Assembly: GCA_045863395.1 (NCBI GenBank)
Contig: BTVJ01000122.1
Span: 1-19,182, forward strand
Origin: Myxococcales bacterium
GTDB lineage: Bacteria; Myxococcota_A; UBA9042; JABWCM01; BTVJ01
Length of the DNA: 19,182 bases
Reading direction: 5' to 3'
Shown here: positions 7,586-16,865 of the stretch, one piece after another
Position numbering within the stretch: position 1 is the stretch's first letter
Layout: each line of letters begins with the position of its first letter
Notes under the pieces: model-generated
What the model was told of the DNA's origin: nothing
Seen by the model: the letters and a program-made list of their open reading frames with translations, nothing else
Databases searched by the model: none
Program-made: the position numbers and the translations under genes

Positions 7586-9640
7586 TCAGGGGAACAGCCC
7601 CTCGTCCCGCCGCCGCGCGGGCTTGTAGAGCTTGCCGGACGCGGCGCACTCGTGCTCGGCCGCGGCCTCCAGGTCGCCCATGTTGATCGGCCGGTCCCCC
7701 GCCGCCGCGCGGTAGGCGGCGCGCAGCACGGCGTTCTTGACGCCGCCGCCGGACAGCTCGAACCGGAAGGCCAGCTCGTGGAAGTCGATGTCCCGCGCGG
7801 CCGGCGCCTTCGACGGGAGCAGCGCCCGCCAGATGCGCTCCCGGTCCGTGGCGTCGGGGAACGGGAAGTGGACCTTCCACCCGATGCGTCGCTCGAAGGC
7901 CTTGTCGATGCCCTGCTTGAGGTTGGTGGTCAGCACCACGATGCCCTCGTGGCGCTCCATGAGCTGGAGCAGGAGGTTGATCTCCAGGTTGGCGTGGCGG
8001 TCCTGGCCGCTCTCCACGTTGACGCGGCTCGCGAACAGGGCGTCGGCCTCGTCGAAGAGCAGGAGGCTCCCCGCCGCGCGCGCCTCGGCGAAGACCCGCG
8101 CCAGGTTCTTCTCGGTCTCGCCCACATACTTGTCGAGGACCTGCGCCACGTTGACCCGGTGGAGCGGCATCCCCAGCTCCGCCGCCAGGATCTCGGCGCA
8201 CTGGGTCTTGCCCGTGCCCGGCTCCCCGTCGAACAGCGCGCCGATGCCCAGCCCCCGTGAGAGGCGCTCCGCGAAGCCCCACTCTCGAAGGACGCGGGTG
8301 CGGTTGCGAGCGGCGGCGAGGATCTCCTCGATCTGGGCGCGGACCGGGCTCGGGAGCACCAGATCGTCCAGGGTCAGCAGCGTGCCAGGGTCCTCCGCAT
8401 GGGGGCTCGGGCGGCGGCGCACCTGGAGCCGTGCGGCCTCGTCCACCTCCCGCGCGCCGGCGGCCCCGCCTCGGCCCGCGGCCAGGGCAGCGGCCACGGC
8501 GACGGCATTGCGCACGTGCGCCCCGGCCAGGTCGTAGCGCAGCGCCAGGTGGTCGAGGTCCGGCTCTGCGAGGGTCAGGCCCGCGTCGGCCAGCGCGAGC
8601 TGCCACAGGCGCCGCCGCAGCGCCGCGTCGGGCACCGGCAGGTCGAGGCGCAGGAACACGCGGCGGTCGAGGCCCTCGTCGAGCAGCGCCGGGCGGGTCG
8701 TGGTCAGGAGCACCGTCCCCTCGAAGCGGTCCAGGGCGGCGAGCCACGGCCCGGTCAGGGTGCCTCCGAGCTCCCGCGCCCGCAGCACGGACTCGCAGTC
8801 GTCGAGCAGCAGGGCCGCCCCGCGAAGCCGCGCCTCCCGCAGCAGGTCTGCGAGGCGCTCTTCGGGCGAGCGGCGCAGATCGAGGAAGCTGGGCGCCTCG
8901 ACGGCGAGCACAGCGAGGCCCATCGCGCCCGCGACCGCCCGCGCCAGCAGGGTCTTGCCCACCCCGGACGGTCCAGCGAACAGCAGGACCGTGGCCGGCG
9001 GGCCCTCCCGGCGAGCGGCGAGCAGGCCGCGGACCAGCGCCTCGTGCGCGCCGCCGAGCACGACACGGTCCAGGGGCGTGGGTGGAAGGAGCCGGGCGCC
9101 GGCGTCCTCCCCGTCCGCCTGGCCGAGCAGCTCTCCGACCAGCCGATCCGGTAGCCGGATGGTCGCATCCAGCAGCGAGGCGCCCGGGTCCAGTTCGCCG
9201 CCCAGCGTGATCAGGTGGTTCCTGAGCAGCGGCGCCCCCTCGGCGAACCGCGCGCGCCCCTGGACCCGCTCTCCGAGGCCCCGCGTCCACAGCGCGAGCA
9301 CGAGATCGACCGTGGGCCCACCCCGCGCCCGCCCACCAGTGGCGCCCTCCATCCAGGTGAGCGCCTCGTGGTCCAGCGCCGGCGCCAGCGCGGTCAGCAG
9401 CGTCGCCTCGTCGAGGGGCGAGAGCCCGAAGCGCTCCGCCAGACGGTCGAGGGCGAGCACCCCCATTGGAGTGGCGGCGCGGCGCTCCACGATGCGGGCC
9501 TCCGCCGCCTCGCGCTCCTCCCGCACGACGGCCAGCGCCTCCTCCATGCCGGGGGTGCGCGCCAGGGCCAGCTCCTGGAGTCGAAGCCGCAGCCGCGCGA
9601 GCTCGTCCTCCGTGCGCTCCAGGTCGTCTCTCCACCTCAT
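7586..9640 (-). CDS. Double AAA+ ATPase with N-terminal helical/winged-helix region, Afp15/Pvc15-like family
   Basis: Walker A GPSGVGKT and GEPGTGKT; Walker B LLLDD and LLFDEAD. Family motifs KYVGETEKNL..VF, DEADALF..R, DRHANLEINLLLQLME, LTTN...IDKAFERRI. N-terminal LDRLAERFGLSPLD. Confidence 0.9.
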   Translation of the reverse strand: MRWRDDLERTEDELARLRLRLQELALARTPGMEEALAVVREEREAAEARIVERRAATPMGVLALDRLAERFGLSPLDEATLLTALAPALDHEALTWMEGATGGRARGGPTVDLVLALWTRGLGERVQGRARFAEGAPLLRNHLITLGGELDPGASLLDATIRLPDRLVGELLGQADGEDAGARLLPPTPLDRVVLGGAHEALVRGLLAARREGPPATVLLFAGPSGVGKTLLARAVAGAMGLAVLAVEAPSFLDLRRSPEERLADLLREARLRGAALLLDDCESVLRARELGGTLTGPWLAALDRFEGTVLLTTTRPALLDEGLDRRVFLRLDLPVPDAALRRRLWQLALADAGLTLAEPDLDHLALRYDLAGAHVRNAVAVAAALAAGRGGAAGAREVDEAARLQVRRRPSPHAEDPGTLLTLDDLVLPSPVRAQIEEILAAARNRTRVLREWGFAERLSRGLGIGALFDGEPGTGKTQCAEILAAELGMPLHRVNVAQVLDKYVGETEKNLARVFAEARAAGSLLLFDEADALFASRVNVESGQDRHANLEINLLLQLMERHEGIVVLTTNLKQGIDKAFERRIGWKVHFPFPDATDRERIWRALLPSKAPAARDIDFHELAFRFELSGGGVKNAVLRAAYRAAAGDRPINMGDLEAAAEHECAASGKLYKPARRRDEGLFP

Positions 9641-9647
9641 GGCCGGG

Positions 9648-9653
9648 AGGCTA
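9648..9653 (-). promoter_or_regulatory. Candidate -10 box of a leaderless transcript for the AAA+ ATPase
   Basis: TAGCCT lies 7 nt upstream of ATG 9640, and there is no Shine-Dalgarno sequence. Confidence 0.45.
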
Positions 9654-9722
9654 CCCCGCCCGCCGCAGAGGGCGCAAGCGCGCAGAGTGCTCCGATCTGC
9701 GACGCGGGCCCGGGTCCGTCGC

Positions 9723-9752
9723 TTGATCCCACCGCCCCCCCGCCCCTATCTT
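9723..9752 (+). promoter_or_regulatory. Putative sigma70-type promoter for the S41 protease
   Basis: TTGATC (9723-9728), 18-nt spacer, TATCTT (9747-9752). Confidence 0.45.
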
Positions 9753-9792
9753 GACCGAGGCGCCCCAGCGCGCCCCTCAACAGGAGCCACAC

Positions 9793-12609
9793 ATGCGGGT
9801 CTCTGTTCGCGTCATCGTCGCGGCCGTCTCCTACGCCGCGGCGCTCGCCCTGTTCGCAACCATCGAGTTCGGGGACCGGGGCTTCCACTTCCGCACCGAC
9901 GGCGAGGCCCAGGCGGCGCAGGGGGCGGAGGGCGCCACCCCGCCCGGCGAGGATGGCTACGACCTCCGGGACCTCAAGCTGCTGACCCGCTGCGTGGGCT
10001 ACATCCGCAACAACTACGTGGACCCGACGCGCATCGACCCGCGCCGCATGCTGGTCGCCGCCCTGGAGGAGGTGCAGCGCGGAGTCCCGGAGCTGCTCGC
10101 CGAGCCGTCGCGCAGGGACACGGGCCAGATCGTGGGGGTGCGCGTGACCGTCGACAAGATCGCCCAGGACTTCAAGCTGGACAAGGTCGACGACCTCTAC
10201 GAGATGACCTGGAAGCTCCGCGACATCTTCGATCTCGTGTCCCGCAACCTGCCGCCGGACGTCTCCCGCGCCGACATCGAGTACGCGGCGGTCAACGGCC
10301 TGCTGTCGACGCTCGACCCCCACAGCGTCCTGCTGGCGCCCGAGATGTACGCCGACACCAAGGTGGGCACGGCGGGGCGCTTCGGGGGCCTCGGCATCAT
10401 CATCAGCAACCGCAACGGGGACCTGACCATCGTCACCGTGCTCCGGGACACCCCCGCCTGGGACGCCGGTGTCAAGAAGGGGGACCGCGTCGTCCAGATC
10501 GGCGACGAGAGCACGGTCAACATGAACCTCAACGACGCGGTCAACCGCCTGCGCGGGGAGGTGGACACCAACGTGACCATCACCATCGCCCGCGACGGCT
10601 GGAAGGAGCCGCGGCCCTTCACCATCAAGCGGAAGGAGATCAAGATCGAGAGCGTGGCCAGCACGGACCTGGGCAAGGGGGTCGGGTACGTGCGCATCAA
10701 GAACTTCCAGTCCAGCACCGCCGACGACCTGGAGACGCACCTGCGCAAGCTGGAGGAGGCGGGCAGCGCCCGCAAGGGCCTCGTGCTCGACCTGCGGGAC
10801 GATCCCGGGGGGCTGCTCGACCAGGCGATCCGCGTGAGCGACGCCTTCGTGTCGTCGGGCACCATCGTGACCACCGTCGCCGAGGGGGCGCGCACCCGCG
10901 ACGAGAAGAAGGCGACCCAGGCGGGGACCCGGGCGGAGCTGCCCCTGGTGGTGCTGGTCAACAACGGCAGCGCCAGCGCCTCTGAGATTGTGACGGGGGC
11001 GCTCAAGAACAACGACCGGGCGGTCGTCCTCGGCGACCAGACCTTCGGCAAGGGCTCCGTGCAGGTGCTCTACGAGCTCCAGGACGAGCTGGGGCGCGAG
11101 GCGGCTCTGAAGCTGACCATCGCCCAGTACCTGACGCCGGGGGACGTCTCCATCCAGTCGGTGGGGGTGGTGCCGGACATCATGACCTACCCGGTGACCA
11201 TCGCCGCGGACGAGATGGACCTGCTGGTCACGGAGAAGGATCTGCGCGGCGAGAAGGACCTGGACAACCACCTGGAGAGCCAGCGCGCCAAGGCCGGGAA
11301 GCCCTCGGACATCGTCAAGTTCTGGGAGCCGCCGGCCACGGAGGACAAGCCGGACGCGGAGTACGGGGACATCGAGGAGGACTGGCTCATGAAGACCGCG
11401 CGTGGGCTGCTGCTCGCGGCGGGGTCGGCGACGCGCTCGGCGACGCTCCAGAGGGCCAAGGGGTTCCTGCAGAAGCTGGAGGAGACGGAGGAGCGCAAGA
11501 TCCGCCAGGAGCTGGACAAGTTCGGCATCGACTGGACCCCCGGGGGAGGGGACGGGAGCAAGCTCGTGGCCGAGCTGCGCACGGAGCCGGCGGACGGGGT
11601 CGTGAAGGCGGGCGAGGAGCTGAAGGTCATCGGAAGGGTGACCAACAAGGGGGCGTCGCCCGTCGCGCAGGTCCACGCCGTGACCGCGTCGGAGAACGGG
11701 CTCCTCGACAACCGCGAGCTGGTGTTCGGCCGCCTGGGTCCCGGCGAGTCCCGGGAGTGGACCATCCCGCTGTCCGTCGGCAAGAGCGCCGCCACGCGCC
11801 GGGACCCGCTGTCCATGGAGATCTGGGCGGGCGAGGTGCGGGCGGCGAAGAGCGTTGCGACCGAGGTGGAGGTGCGCGGGCTGCCCCGGCCCCAGTTCGC
11901 CTACTCCTGGCGCATCGACGACAGCAAGGAGGGCAACGGCGACGGCCAGGTGCAGCGCGGCGAGACCTTCGACCTGCTGGTGTCGGTGAAGAACGTGGGG
12001 GACGGGGACGCCTTCAAGACCCGCGCCTACCTGAAGAGCGCGACCGGCAAGGGAGTGAGCCTCAAGTCCGGCAAGCAGGAGCACCCGAAGCTCGCGCGCG
12101 GCGAGACCGCCAGGAACGAGTTCCGCCTGCGCGCCAAGAACGCGGCGACCGACCCCATCGAGCTGGAGCTGTCGGTCGTCGACCTGACGCTTCGCGAGTA
12201 CGTGTCCGACACGCTGCGCATCCCGGTCGGGGATCAGGCGGCGGCTCCTGGCGGCAAGGCGCAGCTCGCGTCCCTGGACGTGCCGCCCCTCCCCGAGGCG
12301 CCCTGGACCGTGCCTGCCCGCATCGTCGTCCCCGACGCGGACAAGAGCCTGCTGATGCGCAAGGAGTCACTGCCCTTGTCCGGCGTCGCGGTGTTCGAGC
12401 CCTCCGACGAGGCTCGCCGCTACGTCTACGTGTTCCGCAACGACAAGAAGGTATTCTTCAAGTCGTCCCCCGCCCGCGCCGATGAGAGGGTCGAGCTTGC
12501 GTTCGACACGGCCATTCCGCTGGAGAAGGGCCCGAACACCATCACGATCTTCGCTCGGAGCGGCACCCGGTCCCCCTCGCAGAAGACCCTGCGGGTGCAC
12601 CGCCTCTGA
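9793..12609 (+). CDS. Carboxyl-terminal processing protease (S41A, PDZ + catalytic) with long C-terminal Ig/CARDB-like extension, MXAN_5808-like
   Basis: AGGAG RBS before ATG 9793 and an N-terminal signal/TM. LDPHS, PDZ loop GRFGGLGI, DLRDDPGGLL, catalytic Ser in SASASEI, Lys in TFGKGSVQ, LKLTIAQYLTP. Followed by repeated VTNKG/VKNVG beta-sandwich domains. Confidence 0.93.
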   Translation: MRVSVRVIVAAVSYAAALALFATIEFGDRGFHFRTDGEAQAAQGAEGATPPGEDGYDLRDLKLLTRCVGYIRNNYVDPTRIDPRRMLVAALEEVQRGVPELLAEPSRRDTGQIVGVRVTVDKIAQDFKLDKVDDLYEMTWKLRDIFDLVSRNLPPDVSRADIEYAAVNGLLSTLDPHSVLLAPEMYADTKVGTAGRFGGLGIIISNRNGDLTIVTVLRDTPAWDAGVKKGDRVVQIGDESTVNMNLNDAVNRLRGEVDTNVTITIARDGWKEPRPFTIKRKEIKIESVASTDLGKGVGYVRIKNFQSSTADDLETHLRKLEEAGSARKGLVLDLRDDPGGLLDQAIRVSDAFVSSGTIVTTVAEGARTRDEKKATQAGTRAELPLVVLVNNGSASASEIVTGALKNNDRAVVLGDQTFGKGSVQVLYELQDELGREAALKLTIAQYLTPGDVSIQSVGVVPDIMTYPVTIAADEMDLLVTEKDLRGEKDLDNHLESQRAKAGKPSDIVKFWEPPATEDKPDAEYGDIEEDWLMKTARGLLLAAGSATRSATLQRAKGFLQKLEETEERKIRQELDKFGIDWTPGGGDGSKLVAELRTEPADGVVKAGEELKVIGRVTNKGASPVAQVHAVTASENGLLDNRELVFGRLGPGESREWTIPLSVGKSAATRRDPLSMEIWAGEVRAAKSVATEVEVRGLPRPQFAYSWRIDDSKEGNGDGQVQRGETFDLLVSVKNVGDGDAFKTRAYLKSATGKGVSLKSGKQEHPKLARGETARNEFRLRAKNAATDPIELELSVVDLTLREYVSDTLRIPVGDQAAAPGGKAQLASLDVPPLPEAPWTVPARIVVPDADKSLLMRKESLPLSGVAVFEPSDEARRYVYVFRNDKKVFFKSSPARADERVELAFDTAIPLEKGPNTITIFARSGTRSPSQKTLRVHRL

Positions 12610-12660
12610 GCGCCTCACGCGGGGCCCCTCTCATGAGGAGTGGGGGCCCGGAGGTGGCCC

Positions 12661-13473
12661 ATGCGTGTGCTCCTGCTCCTCGCTGTCGTCAGCGCCCTCT
12701 TCACGGTCCCCGCCGCCGCCTTCGAGCCCACGGAGGCCGACTTCTCGGCGGCCGACCGTCACATGCGCTCCGGCTACGCATACGTCCGGGCCAAGAAGTA
12801 CACCGCGGCCCTGCGGGAGTATCGCAAGGGGCTCGACCTTCTGCCCGGCAACATGGACCTCCTCTACAACCTGGTGGCGGTCGCCAAGGCGGGCGGGTCG
12901 TGTCCCGACGTGCTGCTCTACGGCAATGCCTTCGCCGGGGTCGCCGGGCGGTCCAAGGAGATGGGCGAGGTGCGCGGCCTGATGGACGGCTGCGCAAAGA
13001 CCGTGGACAGCGGCCGGCTGGAGCTCGAGGGCGCCCCGGTGCGCGCGGAGGTGTGGGTGAGCGGCGTGTTCATGGGAAAGGCGCCCCTCAAGGACCTGAC
13101 GCTGCCCGCCGGAGACTGGCCCGTGCGCGTGACCCAGGAGGACCACGACGACTGGTTCGGCACGGCGACGGTGCGCTCCGGGGAGGTGGCGAAGGTGCCG
13201 GTCTCGCTGGTCGCACGCATCTACACGGGCTATCTCCAGGTCAAGACCGTCCCGGAGGAGGGAGTCCGCGTGTACGTGAACGAGAAGCTCGTCGGCGTCA
13301 CCCCGATGGGACCCATCGCGCTCGACACGGGCAAAGTCCTGGTCCGCTTCGAGCTGGACGGGTGGGACCTCTGGCACCGCTACGTGCGCATCGAGCGCGA
13401 CGCCACCGAGGTCCTGGAGGCGACCCTGGAGCGCACCGAGGACCAGCACGCCAGCAACGACGCGTCCCGCTGA
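12661..13473 (+). CDS. Secreted TPR + tandem PEGA domain protein
   Basis: GGAGG RBS before ATG 12661 and a signal peptide ending PAAA. TPR-like YTAALREYRKGLDLLPGNMDLLYNL. PEGA motifs AEVWVSGVFMGKAP and VRVYVNEKLVGVTP. Confidence 0.85.
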   Translation: MRVLLLLAVVSALFTVPAAAFEPTEADFSAADRHMRSGYAYVRAKKYTAALREYRKGLDLLPGNMDLLYNLVAVAKAGGSCPDVLLYGNAFAGVAGRSKEMGEVRGLMDGCAKTVDSGRLELEGAPVRAEVWVSGVFMGKAPLKDLTLPAGDWPVRVTQEDHDDWFGTATVRSGEVAKVPVSLVARIYTGYLQVKTVPEEGVRVYVNEKLVGVTPMGPIALDTGKVLVRFELDGWDLWHRYVRIERDATEVLEATLERTEDQHASNDASR

Positions 13474-13552
13474 CCCCGCCTCTTTCTGGTTGACGGTTCC
13501 GGCTTCCTCCGGGTACTCAAGCGGTCGAACCTGACGACCACCGGAGGAGGCC

Positions 13553-14692
13553 ATGGCAGAGGCGTACATCTTGGAGGCGGTGCGCTCCGCCATCGGAAAG
13601 CGCAACGGCGCGCTGGCGGACACGCGGCCCGACGACCTGGCGGCCATGGTGCTGCGGGGGCTCGTCGACCGGGCGGGCGTCGACCCCGCCGAGGTCGAGG
13701 ACGTGGTCATGGGCTGCGTCACGCAGATCGGCGAGCAAGGCTTCAACATCGGGCGCACGGCGCCGCTCATCGCTGGGTTCCCCGTGTCGGTGACCGGCAC
13801 CACCGTCAACCGCATGTGCGGGTCGAGCCTCCAGGCCGTGAACTTCGCGGCGCAAGCGGTCATGGCGGGGCAGGCGGACCTCGTCGTCGGCGCTGGCGTG
13901 GAGAGCATGACCCGCGTCGCCATGGGGTCGGACGGGGCGCCGCTCAGCGACCAGCTCGCGGAGCGCTTCGACATCGTGCCCCAGGGCATCTCGGCGGAGC
14001 TGATCTGTGAGCGGTGGGGCCTCGGCCGCGCGGAGCTGGACGCCTTCTCGCTCGCGAGCCACGAGCGGGCGGTCACGGCGGCGGAGGCGGGTGACTTCCA
14101 CGACGAGATCCTCCCGCTGCGTGTGACCAAGGCGGGGGACCTGATCACCTTCGACACCGACGAGGGCCCGCGGGCGGACACCACCCTGGAGCGCCTCGCG
14201 CGCCTCAAGCCCGCCTTCAAGAGCGACGGGATGGTGACCGCCGCCAGCTCCAGCCAGATCTCCGACGGCTCCGCCGCGGTGCTCATCGGCTCCGCGGAGA
14301 AGGCCCTGGCGCTTGGGCTTCGCCGCAGGGCCCGCATTCGCGCCACGGCGCTCGCCGGGGTCGACCCCACCATCATGCTGACCGGCGTCATTCCGGCGAC
14401 CCACAAGGCGCTGGCGCGGGCCGGGTTGCGCATCGGGGACGTGGATCTCTTCGAGGTCAACGAGGCCTTCGCGCCCGTGGTGCTCGCCTGGGCGCGGGAG
14501 ACCGGGGCGAGCCTGGAGAAGACGAACGTCAACGGCGGGGCGGTGGCGCTCGGGCACCCGCTCGGGGCGAGCGGCGCGCGGCTCCTGACCACGCTGCTTC
14601 ACGCCATGGAGAGGCGCGACGCGACCATCGGGCTCGCGACGCTGTGCATCGGCTTTGGCATGGCGGTCGCCACCGTCATCGAGCGGGTCTAG
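13553..14692 (+). CDS. Thiolase (acetyl-CoA C-acyltransferase, FadA-like)
   Basis: Catalytic motifs NRMCGSS, NEAF, GHPLGASG and CIGFG; GGAGG RBS. Confidence 0.96.
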   Translation: MAEAYILEAVRSAIGKRNGALADTRPDDLAAMVLRGLVDRAGVDPAEVEDVVMGCVTQIGEQGFNIGRTAPLIAGFPVSVTGTTVNRMCGSSLQAVNFAAQAVMAGQADLVVGAGVESMTRVAMGSDGAPLSDQLAERFDIVPQGISAELICERWGLGRAELDAFSLASHERAVTAAEAGDFHDEILPLRVTKAGDLITFDTDEGPRADTTLERLARLKPAFKSDGMVTAASSSQISDGSAAVLIGSAEKALALGLRRRARIRATALAGVDPTIMLTGVIPATHKALARAGLRIGDVDLFEVNEAFAPVVLAWARETGASLEKTNVNGGAVALGHPLGASGARLLTTLLHAMERRDATIGLATLCIGFGMAVATVIERV

Positions 14693-14701
14693 GAGGACAC
14701 C

Positions 14702-16759
14702 ATGGGGCTTCTCGACGGAAAGGTGGCGGTGGTCACGGGGGCTGGCGGTGGGCTCGGGCGCGCCCACGCCATGGCGCTGGCGGCAGAAGGCGCGGCGGTG
14801 GTCGTCAATGACCTCGGCGGCGCGCGGGACGGGTCCGGGGGCGGTTCGGCCATGGCGGATGCGGTCGTCGCGGAGATTCGCGCCGCTGGGGGCCGGGCGG
14901 TCGCCAACTACGCGAGCGTCGCCGACGCGGACGGCGCGGCGAGCCTGGTGGCGACGGCCCTCGACGCCTTCGGGCGCCTCGACGTGGTGGTCAACAACGC
15001 GGGCATCCTGCGGGACCGGACGCTCCTGAAGCTGTCGGACGAGGAGTTCGACCTGGTGGTGGCGGTGCACCTGCGGGGCACCTACCTGTGCACCAAGGCG
15101 GCGCTGGCGCACCTGCGCGAGGCGGGGCACGGCGGCGCAATCATCAACACGTCGTCCTACGCGGGGCTGATCGGCAACTTCGGGCAGTCCAACTACGGCG
15201 CGGCCAAGGCGGGCATCGCGGGCTTCACCCGGGTGGTGGCGCTGGAGGCGGGGCGCATGGGGGTGACGGTCAACGCCATCGCCCCGCTGGCCAAGACCCG
15301 CATGACCGAGGACATCGCCGCGGTGCCGGCGGACATCACGCCGGAGCAGATCGCGCCGTTCGTCGTGTTCCTGGCCAGCGATCTGGCGAAGGCGGTCACG
15401 GGGCGCATCTTCGGCACCCACGGGCCGCAGATCTTCGAGTATCGCCAGATCATGACGCCGGGCGTCACCAAGACCGACGGGCCCTGGACGCCGGACGAGA
15501 TCGCGCGGCGCCTGCCAGACATCGCCGCCATGCCCGGGGCTGCGCCCAAGGCGGCGGACGACACGGTGGAGAAGGTGCGGGCCCTGTTCTTGGCGATCCC
15601 GCTTGGTTTCCGGGCGGACAAGGCCGGCGATTGGGCGGCTACGCTCCACTTCAAGCTTGGCAGCGGCGGGGAGTACACGCTGCGGGCCGGGGGAGGCAAG
15701 GCGGAGGCCGTGGAGGGCCTCGACGGGAGCCCGACGGCGACAATCACCATCGACTCGGGGGAGACGCTCCTCGCCATGGCCAAGGGCGACCTCAAGCCCG
15801 AGCAGGCCTTCATGGCGGGCAAGATCAAGGCCGACAAGATGGGCGAGCTCATCAAGTTCGGGCAGTTCTTCAACCTGAAGAAGGTGGCGGCGGGTGGCGC
15901 GTCCTCGGGAGCCCCCAGCGCCACTGCGGGGGCCTCGACGGAGACCGCAGGCGCCAACCGCGCGCTCATCGGCAAGCTCTACAAGGGGCCGGCCCGCCAT
16001 GTGCGACCGGAGGATGCCATCGCGTACGCTCGTGCCACCGACGACCTGAACCCGCGCTACGTCGAGGGCGACACGGCGCCGGTGCTCTTCGCGGTCAAGC
16101 CCGTGATGGACGCCATCGCGCCGCTGGTCACCGACCCCTCCCTCCACGTGGACCTGCTGCGCCTGGTACACGGCGAGCAGGAGATGTGGTTCCACCGCCC
16201 GCTCCGCCACTGGGATCTGGTCTACCCGACAGCGAGCCTGCTCTCCGTGGAGGACAAGTCGTCCGGGCAGCTCCTCAAGGTGAAGCAGCGCCTGCTGGTC
16301 GACGGCGATCCCGTGGTGGAGATCGTCAGCGGCTACTTCGTCCGCGGCGAGAAGCGGGGCGGTGGTGAGAAGAAGGAGGCGCCGCCGGCCCCCGTGAGAG
16401 AGCTCATCCTCGATGCGACGCAGGAGGTGGCCGCCGACCAGCCCATCCGCTACGGCCACGCGAGTGGCGACCGGAACCCCATCCACATGGACGAGAAGGT
16501 CGCCCAGGCTGCGGGCCACCCGACGACCATCCTCCACGGCCTCTGCACCATGGCCTTCGCCGCCAAGGCGCTGGTCGACGGCCTCTGCGGCGGCGACCCG
16601 GCCGGGCTCGCGCGGCTCTCCTGCCGCTTCACGCGCACGGTGCTGCCGGGCGACCGCCTCACCACCCGCGCCTGGCGCGAGGGCGAGGCGTTGGGGGTGG
16701 AGGTGGTCAATCAGCGCGGGGAGCTGGTCCTTGCCAACGGGTCTGCCACGCTGCGGTGA
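14702..16759 (+). CDS. Multifunctional SDR 3-hydroxyacyl-CoA dehydrogenase - SCP2 - double hot-dog (MaoC-type) enoyl-CoA hydratase 2 fusion
   Basis: SDR motifs TGAGGGLG, VVVNDLG, NNAGILRD, GNFGQSNYGAAK. SCP2 at ~15560-15870 (GDLKPEQAFMAGKIK). N-terminal hot-dog (LVHGEQEM). Hydratase 2 motif YGHASGDRNPIHMDEKVA followed by ILHGLCT. Confidence 0.93.
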   Translation: MGLLDGKVAVVTGAGGGLGRAHAMALAAEGAAVVVNDLGGARDGSGGGSAMADAVVAEIRAAGGRAVANYASVADADGAASLVATALDAFGRLDVVVNNAGILRDRTLLKLSDEEFDLVVAVHLRGTYLCTKAALAHLREAGHGGAIINTSSYAGLIGNFGQSNYGAAKAGIAGFTRVVALEAGRMGVTVNAIAPLAKTRMTEDIAAVPADITPEQIAPFVVFLASDLAKAVTGRIFGTHGPQIFEYRQIMTPGVTKTDGPWTPDEIARRLPDIAAMPGAAPKAADDTVEKVRALFLAIPLGFRADKAGDWAATLHFKLGSGGEYTLRAGGGKAEAVEGLDGSPTATITIDSGETLLAMAKGDLKPEQAFMAGKIKADKMGELIKFGQFFNLKKVAAGGASSGAPSATAGASTETAGANRALIGKLYKGPARHVRPEDAIAYARATDDLNPRYVEGDTAPVLFAVKPVMDAIAPLVTDPSLHVDLLRLVHGEQEMWFHRPLRHWDLVYPTASLLSVEDKSSGQLLKVKQRLLVDGDPVVEIVSGYFVRGEKRGGGEKKEAPPAPVRELILDATQEVAADQPIRYGHASGDRNPIHMDEKVAQAAGHPTTILHGLCTMAFAAKALVDGLCGGDPAGLARLSCRFTRTVLPGDRLTTRAWREGEALGVEVVNQRGELVLANGSATLR

Positions 16760-16865
16760 GGCGTGCCGGCGGCAGGGGAGCCCGTGACCTGCGTCGGGGG
16801 GCTTCCACCGCGCAGGGGGGCCCATCGGCTGGATGGTCGCCCCGCGCGGGGGCTATCCTGGCGGC

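Noticed and set aside
12620..12650. Intrinsic terminator between the protease and PEGA genes
   Set aside because: The GC hairpin is imperfect and has no U-tract; at most an mRNA stability or translation element.
13490..13519. Sigma70 promoter upstream of the thiolase (TTGACG ... TACTCA)
   Set aside because: The -35 is good but the -10 lacks the conserved final T at a normal spacing; too weak to call.
13517..16825. Very long antisense or alternate-frame ORFs (1102 aa here; also 9637-12084, 8700-10985, 7401-9635, 3348-5294, 12631-14592)
   Set aside because: Expected in very GC-rich DNA. They overlap genes with clear family motifs and show no motifs themselves.
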